This document shows positions 1 through 8,108 of a stretch of 64,000 nucleotides of DNA, in pieces (position 1 is the first letter of the stretch; the number at the start of each line of letters is the position of its first letter). The position numbers were made by a program, and so were the translations under genes. This DNA is from Schmidtea nova. Lineage: Eukaryota. The DNA lies in the NCBI GenBank assembly GCA_044892505.1, contig CM097882.1:584722001-584786000 (forward strand). Direction: 5' to 3'. Below the pieces are notes generated by a model, which was not told where the DNA came from, did no database searches, and saw only the letters and a list, made by a program, of their open reading frames with translations.

Positions 1-978
1 AATTAATTTTCCACTGTCATCACGAATATTGATTTCAATGTTGTTTATAGTTGATGTTGAAATCGGCAAATACATTGGATTCTTTATTTCAATTTGTACA
101 ACTTCGCCTTGGTCATATTTCTTAATCCAAATTGATTTTAGGAGGGGAACTCGTACATCTCCAACAGTTACTGGTTCAATAATGTTGCTGTAAATGAACA
201 TTTGCTGATGAAGTTGTAAAATTTTGGGGATTTTTACACCAATTATTTCTGTATCAGTATATGTTTGTTTCTGTAGACCCAGAGATTTGGTTAAATTTGA
301 ATCAAAAGTAATTTTTGAAATATTATCCTGAAGAATAATTTTAACCAATTCATTATTGACAAGTTTCAATTCTTTAAATGGAGATGGATTAATTTTCATT
401 AAATATCCTTGCAATTCCGGTAATGACGTTATGAATAATTCATCTTGAAAATAATAATCATTAACAGTTTTAATGTCATAATTTATTAAAATTCCAAATT
501 GTTCAAGACTATTATCATTCGTGAATTTTGGTAATTTTAAACGACAATGGTCATTTTCACTTGTAATTGATATATTTTCCAATCCAAAACTTTTTGCATG
601 TTCAATATCTGGAAATGTAATTTTAAATGGAACATGTGGGCAAACAATCACTAAATAATTATATTTTTCAATAAATACATCAGTGTCTGAACTAGGTTGA
701 GAAACTATAACTTGAATTGTTTTATTTTGATTATTAATTCTCAAATAACTAATTTCTTGAATTTCTCTTTTAGTTTCAATTTGAATAAAAGAATTACTAT
801 AATACGGGAACAAATTATACACAAAAGTAAAATCAATCAAAGCAACTTCCCAATCGTCATTACTATTTAAATAAATCGGATTTTGAAATTCTACATTAAA
901 ATTACTAGCTTCATTATTAGGATAAATAAGAGGACATGCATTGCTAGGCAAAATCATATAAAACTGGTTTTCTTTCAT
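1..978 (-). CDS. Polinton minor capsid (penton-like) protein, 3' end off-window
   Basis: Not in the ORF track because it has no stop in the window. ATG at 978 gives MKENQFYMILPSNACPLIYPNNEASNFNVEFQNPIYLNSNDDWEVALIDF. The same frame near the edge reads MFIYSNIIEPVTVGDVRVPLLK..NPMYLPI..INNIEINIRDDSGKLI. Both are typical N- and C-terminal motifs of this Polinton protein. Confidence 0.82.
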   Translation of the reverse strand, partial: MKENQFYMILPSNACPLIYPNNEASNFNVEFQNPIYLNSNDDWEVALIDFTFVYNLFPYYSNSFIQIETKREIQEISYLRINNQNKTIQVIVSQPSSDTDVFIEKYNYLVIVCPHVPFKITFPDIEHAKSFGLENISITSENDHCRLKLPKFTNDNSLEQFGILINYDIKTVNDYYFQDELFITSLPELQGYLMKINPSPFKELKLVNNELVKIILQDNISKITFDSNLTKSLGLQKQTYTDTEIIGVKIPKILQLHQQMFIYSNIIEPVTVGDVRVPLLKSIWIKKYDQGEVVQIEIKNPMYLPISTSTINNIEINIRDDSGKLI

Positions 979-983
979 AATAT

Positions 984-2069
984 TTATTTAATCAATTGTT
1001 TTTCAGATATCCAACTTGGAGTTTCATATCCATGCCATTTAACGTAATATTGTTTATATTTCCCATCAGTTTTGGTTTTTAAAATCTTTTGAATTCTAAA
1101 AACTGTGGGAGCTGGAATAACTTGAAGTTCTTGTTCGTAGAATTTACCCTCGATTACATTGTTTTCATGATCGGAAATAGTATACATGACAGGATTTTGA
1201 TTAGTATCAACATTTGAGATTTGATATACTTCATCACTCCAATTACTATCAAAATTTTTGATGAAGGGAGAAGCACTAATTTTACTCATTCTCACATAAT
1301 CACCTACTTTATATTTCGGTTTTTTATTAATTGATTTTAATCTATCTTTTATCCATCCATCAAAATTATTATTTGAATATACATCGACAGGTTTCATTTT
1401 ATTTAATCCCGAATGCGGTGATCGATTGTAACTGGAAATAATTTTCGGTAAAACATTTATCCACGTTTTGTTACCTTGATACACAAAATACTTTTTCAAG
1501 CGATCTCTTAAAGTACGATTAAATCTTTCAACATGAGCAGCTTTGAATTGAGAAAATACAGAATAATGATTGATTCCTTTGATCACTTCTTTTACTTTGC
1601 TGTTATAAAACTCTTTTCCTAAATTAAAATTAAATAATTTTTAAAAATTTAATTTCTTACCCAAATCAGTTTGTAAATTACGTGGCTTCCCATCTTTAAA
1701 TAAAGATTCAATAGCCTCAGCCATTTCATTAGCAGATTTAGTTTTTGTTGAAATAGCTCGTGCATAACGGCTAAAAACATCAATACAAGTCAAAATATAT
1801 TTGTAACCCTTGTTAATTTTAGAATATGGAATCATTTCCATCAAATCCATTTGCCATAAATCGTTACCCCCAAAAGTTTTATATTTGCGTGTAGGAAATC
1901 TTTTCAACATTGGTTTATTTAAACTATATGCCAATTGATCAGATAACCATTTCTGAGTTTCATTCTTTGAACTTTTTATTCTTTTTGCCAATTTTTTGAC
2001 TGAACCAAAACCATCGGGATCTTTTGGGTTTGTCCATATCGTTTTTATATTCTTCATGATTTTCTTCAT
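984..2069 (-). CDS. Polinton retroviral-type (rve, DDE) integrase with C-terminal chromodomain; 2 exons (2069-1661, 1618-984), 347 aa
   Basis: Motifs LWQMDL, YILTCIDVFSRYA, spliced LQTDLGKEFYN, HVERFNRTL, and chromodomain YYVKWHGY..PSWI. Exons of 409+635 nt give 1044 nt in frame. Confidence 0.92.
1619..1660 (-). other. 42-nt spliceosomal intron (phase 1) in the Polinton integrase
   Basis: Minus strand reads TTG G|gtaagaaatt...taatttag|GA AAA GAG TTT TAT. Removal restores TDLGKEFYN and removes an in-frame TAA. Confidence 0.88.
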
Positions 2070-2131
2070 TAATACAACAATTTGTTAGAATATTTAAATC
2101 TATATTATGTTTATTCGGTTCAGAAATTTTA

Positions 2132-2461
2132 TTACCCATTTCTTAAAGATGAGATTGCGCTTATTGCTGATAATACTATTGGAATTAATGTACCGAGAAA
2201 CCCACCCTTTTGTTTATATATTATTTTTCGCATAAGATTTCTATTTTTGGTATTCACTAATGATAAAAGCGAATTTTTATGTTTTTGTAGTTCAATTTTC
2301 TTTGATCTACTAATATTTACATTACCATGAACAATATTAAAAACGACTTCAAGTAAATCATCAATAACAAAGGGTGGGAAAGCTTGTAAAATTGTCATTC
2401 GCTTATTTGTTGGAGCTTTAACCAAAGCATTAAAATACGGTAAACTACGTTCAAATTTCAT
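2132..2461 (-). CDS. Small conserved Polinton virion-type protein (109 aa) ending in QKGGF plus an amphipathic/hydrophobic helix
   Basis: C-terminus KQKGGFLGTLIPIVLSAISAISS resembles the GG-motif small proteins of Polintons; lies between ATPase and integrase. Confidence 0.65.
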   Translation of the reverse strand: MKFERSLPYFNALVKAPTNKRMTILQAFPPFVIDDLLEVVFNIVHGNVNISRSKKIELQKHKNSLLSLVNTKNRNLMRKIIYKQKGGFLGTLIPIVLSAISAISSLRNG

Positions 2462-2491
2462 GATTAAAATTTTTGTGTATATTTATTTCGT

Positions 2492-2677
2492 TTATAATTT
2501 TATCCACTTCTTTACTTGTTTCTTTCTTTTACCAATCTTTTTGGTAACTTTTTTAACTAATTTTGATTTTCGATCAACTTTTTTAAGAAGTTTTTGATCA
2601 GCTTTTTTAAGTAGTTTTTGATCAGCTTTTTGAATAGCTTCTTTATTTAACTTGACAATTACTTTTTTAAATGACAT
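2492..2677 (-). CDS. Very Lys-rich 61-aa protein, candidate DNA-condensing core protein
   Basis: About one third Lys, with an internal tandem KADQKLLK repeat; co-oriented and tightly packed in the Polinton cluster. Confidence 0.5.
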   Translation of the reverse strand: MSFKKVIVKLNKEAIQKADQKLLKKADQKLLKKVDRKSKLVKKVTKKIGKRKKQVKKWIKL

Positions 2678-2698
2678 TATTATTTCTTTTATTTATTT

Positions 2699-3322
2699 TC
2701 AATTTTGTTTATAAACCGTGACTCCATTTTCGTTAAATATATCCGTTCGGATACGTAAATCATCAGGACATTGTTGAGTAAAATCAAAGAATAAATATCC
2801 ATGAGGAACTTTAGTAGCATCTTGAAATGAATTAATTAAGAATTTCCTATCATTAGGGTAAGCTTGTCTTGCTAGAAAATCAATAATTGTAGCATCTCTT
2901 GGGTTTTTGAATATAACCAAGTATTGAACATTTAAATTACGAGTTCTGTGACTACCACCTTGATGAAATAAATTTTGAGTAATGAAAATTACAGTAACTC
3001 CTAAATGTCTACTAATTTTTGTGAATAAATTATTAAAATCTTTTTCTTTATTTGCTTCTTGGTACAAATCATCGATAATTATAACATCGCCTTGTCGTAA
3101 TCTAGATGACCAGTTTTTATCAAACCCTTTTATAATTGTCATTTTTAATTTGCAGAATTGATCTTGAGTCAGTCCATGTTCTTCATCAGCTCCCCGATGC
3201 CAGTAAATTTTATTGAATTTAGATTTAAACATTTTTGATTGCAACAATTTACATACAAATAATGTTTTTCCACTACCACTTGGGCCCACTATTTGATAAA
3301 CTGCATCATTTCTTAATTCCAT
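2699..3322 (-). CDS. Polinton DNA packaging ATPase (A32/FtsK-HerA family)
   Basis: Walker A GPSGSGKT, Walker B IIIDD, FTKISRH, ITQNLF, and C-terminal PHGYLFFDF...RIRTDIF. Confidence 0.93.
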   Translation of the reverse strand: MELRNDAVYQIVGPSGSGKTLFVCKLLQSKMFKSKFNKIYWHRGADEEHGLTQDQFCKLKMTIIKGFDKNWSSRLRQGDVIIIDDLYQEANKEKDFNNLFTKISRHLGVTVIFITQNLFHQGGSHRTRNLNVQYLVIFKNPRDATIIDFLARQAYPNDRKFLINSFQDATKVPHGYLFFDFTQQCPDDLRIRTDIFNENGVTVYKQN

Positions 3323-3382
3323 TTTTATTTAATTAATTAATTAATTAATTTAATATTGTTTATATTTATTCAATTTATAAAA

Positions 3383-3865
3383 ATGATAAGTAATATTAAT
3401 TATATGGGCAAGTGTTTAGTTCCAAACATGTTATTTCCTGTTGGGAAACCCCAGCAAGTTATAGATAGGAGTGGAAAGTACCCTATTTTATTTTTCAGAT
3501 CGGGAAAATTTCGTGTAATGGGTTGTAAACAACCGTTAAAACCAGATGATTTGAAATATAAAATTTCAGATTTAAAAATTCAATCGATCACTATAACATT
3601 GGATATGGGTAAATCCATAAATTTATACGAATTACAAAATAAAACAGAGTTCTGGTACGAACCCGAAATATTTCCAGCTTTAAGATTAATAAATTATAAC
3701 CCTATTTGTATTAATATTTTTTCAAGTGGAAAAGTTGTAATATTAGGAATTAAAACATTGGATTATTTTAATCAAGTAAATGAAATTAAAAATTATATTA
3801 ATTCATTAATTAATAATGAATTAATTGATGAAAAATATCTCGATTTATTATTTAATTTTGTTTAA
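3383..3865 (+). CDS. TATA-binding protein (TBP) homologue, minimal core of ~160 aa, Polinton-encoded
   Basis: Two TBP repeats. [14 protein letters not shown] matches [36 protein letters not shown] matches [32 protein letters not shown]...[14 protein letters not shown] matches SYEPELFPGL...LIFVSGKVVLTGAK. First ATG at 3383. Confidence 0.87.
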   Translation: [160 protein letters not shown]

Positions 3866-3900
3866 ATACATTGTTATTTTACAAATCCATATTTTTGAAA

Positions 3901-4286
3901 ATGTCTAAAAGTAAGTATTATTTTTAATTATCTATATTATTAATATTTTTAATTTAGCTTATTTATTTGAAGTGGTCCTGAAGAAAATTCAAGAATTATA
4001 TCCAAAAATAAAAGATTCATTGGATTACTGTGCGCCAGAGTTATTGGTTCATAAGATATATAAGCTTACTGGGATCAATATCGAACAATTGCTCGAGATT
4101 CACTATGATATGGTTCTTGGAGCTGGAGTCAAGTGCATTGAAAATTGCATAGTTTGCAATGATTCACTAAGAGTATCCTGCGTAAACGGATGTGCATGCT
4201 GCCATGATTTTAAAAGAGATCATTCGGTGCATATCTTAATGTCAGAAATGCGTAAAGCATATTATAACGACATTTATAATTTATAA
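3901..4286 (+). CDS. Unknown Cys-rich protein (112 aa), 2 exons (3901-3910, 3958-4286)
   Basis: ATG TCT AAA A|gtaagt...aatttag|CT TAT TTA (47-nt intron, 3911-3957) joins in frame to ORF 3972-4286. Cys cluster CIENCIVC..SCVNGCACCH. Confidence 0.62.
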
Positions 4287-4376
4287 TAAAGTTTTGTGAT
4301 TTAGTTGTTCTTTATTTTTATTGTATTATTTACACTGTGATGAAATATTAGTGTTATTATTTTAGAAATTTTTCTA

Positions 4377-4703
4377 NNNNNNNNNNNNNNNNNNNNNNNN
4401 NNNNNNNNNNNNNNNNNNNNNNNNNNNNNNNNNNNNNNNNNNNNNNNNNNNNNNNNNNNNNNNNNNNNNNNNNNNNNNNNNNNNNNNNNNNNNNNNNNNN
4501 NNNNNNNNNNNNNNNNNNNNNNNNNNNNNNNNNNNNNNNNNNNNNNNNNNNNNNNNNNNNNNNNNNNNNNNNNNNNNNNNNNNNNNNNNNNNNNNNNNNN
4601 NNNNNNNNNNNNNNNNNNNNNNNNNNNNNNNNNNNNNNNNNNNNNNNNNNNNNNNNNNNNNNNNNNNNNNNNNNNNNNNNNNNNNNNNNNNNNNNNNNNN
4701 NNN
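4377..4703. other. Assembly gap (N run)
   Basis: Run of N. Confidence 0.99.
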
Positions 4704-4759
4704 TTATTATTAATATTATTATTTTAAAAATTTTTCTAAGTTTTTTCCCACTGAACCGA

Positions 4760-5143
4760 AAATATAAAAATAAATATAAATTAAAATAAATATAAATTAC
4801 TAAATATAAATTATTAAATATAAATTATTAAATATAAATTATTAAATATAAATTAATATAAATTAATAAAAATTATTAAAAATAAATTATTAAATTATAA
4901 ATAAAAATAATTAAAAATAATTAAAAATAATTAAAAATAATTAAAAATAATTAAAAATAAATTAAAAATAAATAAAAATAAATAAAAAATAAAATAAATA
5001 CTTCATTTAAACAAAATAATAAATTAAATTGACTTCATTTAAACAAAAAATTAAAATTAAAAAATTCACTTCATTTAAACAAAATTAAAAATTAAAAATT
5101 CACTTAATTTAAACAAAATAAAAATTTTTTAAAAATTCACTTC
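4760..5143. repeat. AT-rich tandem repeats
   Basis: TAAATATAAATTAT-type and AAATAATTAA-type arrays, then ~35-bp units containing CTTCATTTAAACAAAA (4-5 copies). Confidence 0.8.
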
Positions 5144-5179
5144 AGGTCTGTTCCTGTTCTTGGGCGCTCCCCCTACTCT

Positions 5180-5843
5180 ACTTATGTTGATTTCAACAAC
5201 TTCGATGAATTAATCAAAAAGGCCATGAAGATTGAACTTAATTTGAAAAGTACACAATCAAATTCAGAATCATTTGCAATGATGGGACAAAAACAAGAAA
5301 GATTAGTAACTCCTGAGAAGAACAACAGATTTCAACAATATAGCAGTCCTTCGCCAAAATTCAAAGCCAAATTCCAATCAAGTCAACCAACTAATGCCCC
5401 AATTGACGAGAAAGAAATGCCAATACAATGCAGCAATTGTCAAAGAATGGGACATCATGTGAATCAATGTTGGCTCAAAAACAGATCTCAAAGAAGCCCA
5501 ACTCCAATCCAATGTAATAATTGCCAAAAGATGGGTCATAATAGTAGTCATATTTGGTTCAAAGGTAATATGCAGAGCCCAAGGCGAATGTGGCCAGAGT
5601 GGATGAAAGGTAATGGTGATAAAAGTTTTAATAAATTTAGCAATGTGGAACAACGAACTAATGATAATGTGCATTGCTACCAATTGCGGAAAGAAAGGAC
5701 ATGTGTTGAGAAATTGTTATGCTAAATCAAGATCACCGTCAACATCACCATCACCACAAAGAGACAAAGTTAATTTGCAAGGTCAAATTCAATGCCACTC
5801 ATGTAGACTCTATAATAGATACGGCAGCCAGGATGCTAAATGA
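5180..5843 (+). pseudogene. gag C-terminal part with 3-4 CCHC zinc knuckles
   Basis: FDELIKKAMKIE; CSNCQRMGHHVNQC; CNNCQKMGH; frameshifted (C)..CGKKGHVLRNC; degenerate CHSC. Confidence 0.82.
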
Positions 5844-5934
5844 ATATTTAATAAATTGAATAAAAGAAAAGGGTGATTGGAAGATATTGTGTCCACCACT
5901 AGATATAAAAGAAAATGAGGAATAGACAAGAAAA

Positions 5935-7934
5935 TTGTGTGATAAAGTCAGTTCGAAAACAAAGAGAATCGGAATATTCCCATGGTTGATGTTTACAATG
6001 ATTATCTTGTGTACAGTTATTACACATATGACGTCATTGGTTGCATATGATTGCTCTCAAACCGAAATGGGAAGGATTTACTCAGTAGTAGATATGTCAG
6101 AATGCCCAGATGCCTATCTTAGTAAATTACAAATTGAAAATGATGTAAAATACCATGTGTATCAAGAGTCAGATTTACAACGAACTAAAGTTAGAGAGTG
6201 TATTGTCAAACATACAAAGTTTGTGTTTTATTGTGGAAAATGGAGCCACATGTCATTGATAAAAGCGAGAGCAATACCTAGACCCGTTGAAATTTTTCCA
6301 GAAAATTGTTTAACAGCATTTCAAACCGGAGAATTAAAAATAAGTTCGGAAATTCGATTAAAAGCCAAACTGAATCATAGAACGAGAGAGACAGTAGTTG
6401 TGAAAGGAATCATGAAAGCAAATGGTGATTGTGAAGGTGAACCGTATAAAATGGATGGTAAAATTGTAGATAAACGGTAGTACTAGAGAAATACCTTATA
6501 GAATTGAGAGAGTTCGAAGGAGCATCTGATGATGATACAGGTAAATTGCTAACACATCCATTTTGCAACATGAAACAAACAAATTGTCAAACGGGAGAAT
6601 CAATTTTAGTTTATGATGTTAAAGTAAATAAATGTAATTTGGCTCATTTAAAGACAATGAATTTTAAAGAAATAATAGGAGAACAATTCAAAGAAAGACC
6701 GGAAAGTTTTGCCGTGAATTATAAACTAAAAGAGACAATTAAATCGACTCCCTTAATGACCAGGCGAACAAGTGAAGTATTGATGTCAACATCGCCAACG
6801 GACGGCAAGCGTTTCATAAAAAAGGAACCTACTAATAAATATGGAAGAGTTGTGTATGCAACAAATTATAAAGGTGTCTATATTTCAAAGGGAATAGTTG
6901 AAGACGCAAAACTAAAATTTATACAGGCGACATTAAATTAACGCACTATTTTAATAATAAAATTGATTATTTATTCCATTTTAGTCAGAACGTCATGGAG
7001 AACGTATATAGAGAAATGATCCTAAATGATTGTAAATTAAATAAAGAGATTCTTCGGAATCGGATGGCTATGGCAGTCACAAACCCAAATTTGATAGCAC
7101 CTAATGTTGATATCGGAAAGTGGCGTGTTCGCGAGAAGTTTTAGAGAAGCCTTATACAGCTACAAATGTAAAGAAGTTGCTGTAAAAATTGCGAAATATG
7201 AACAATGTAAGAATGAATTACCCGTAAGTGTTGAGGGTAAGTTACGATTTATGGAACCAATCACTCAAATATTGGTCGAAGTACAGGCTAAACCAAAAAT
7301 ATTACAATGTAATCGATTACTTGCTCCGTTATATCGCTTAACGCCGGATTCATGGATAGCGTTACCAGACTACAGAGGAGTTAAAACTCATGATAAATTT
7401 GAGGTAACAGATTTTGAATATTTGGTGAACTTTACGTCATTGAATAAAATGGCACAAATGGGGTTGTATGCAAGCGAAGACATCGAAGAGGCTCAAAGAA
7501 ACTTGCTATTTCCATCAAAAAAGGTAAGGGTAATTTCAGACAGAGAAGGAAAAGTTAATTACGAATATTTGTTAACACCCGATCATTTCAAAAGAGCCAC
7601 ATATAAAACAATGGAAAAGATTTGGGGGTATATTTATGTTCTTAGGGCTTGTGTTGGTTTAATTGGAATCTACGTAATTGCAGTAACGATGATAGTGATA
7701 GTATCGCAAGTGTTGTCAGCACATAGAATATACGTTATTTCCGGATGGTCATGGAAAATAATTATCGGTTGTATTCCATTTTTGGCCAGATTTTTCATAA
7801 CAAATCATCAATACAAAGAAATGGCAAATGTAAGAGCACAATTGAGAAAGGATAAAAAAGTGAGGAATCATTTTGTCAATCACAAGATATTGATAGTCAT
7901 AACAATAACAATGACGGAGGTAAGACCGAGTTGA
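5935..7934 (+). pseudogene. Chuvirus-type (class III-like) envelope glycoprotein, about 3 frameshifts
   Basis: Hydrophobic signal followed by LVAYDC..YSVVDMSEC..VYQ..VREC..FYCGKWSHMS. Bridging frame at ~6935-7125 reads YFNNKIDYLF..VYREMILNDCKLNKEILRNRMAMAVTNP. Then YKCKEV.V..CKNELPV..RFMEPITQIL and a C-terminal TM region with GWSW. Confidence 0.8.
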
Positions 7935-8108
7935 AATATTTTCGAAGGAGGATATTGAAAAATAAAACAGAACCAGAAACTAGATTTTTGCTCGAACCAA
8001 TGCCAAAATTAAGCGGAATTGATACGTTAACCCGATGGCATACTCCAACATTTGAACCAACAACACCTGTATATCCAAGCGAAAAATTAAAAGAGATGAA
8101 ACCATTAG

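Larger units (their letters stand above)
1..4376 (-). mobile_element. Polinton/Maverick (adintovirus-like) element, internal segment; continues off the left edge and is cut by an N gap on the right
   Basis: Tightly packed cluster of packaging ATPase, rve integrase with chromodomain, minor capsid and small virion proteins with intergenic gaps of only 5-60 bp. No termini are visible. Confidence 0.92.

Noticed and set aside
1587-1660. Integrase as a frameshifted pseudogene (two ORFs in the track)
   Set aside because: A canonical GT-AG intron restores the conserved motif exactly.
4704-5143. AT-rich repeats as Polinton terminal inverted repeat
   Set aside because: No AG-type terminus, no second copy, and a gap separates them from the Polinton genes.
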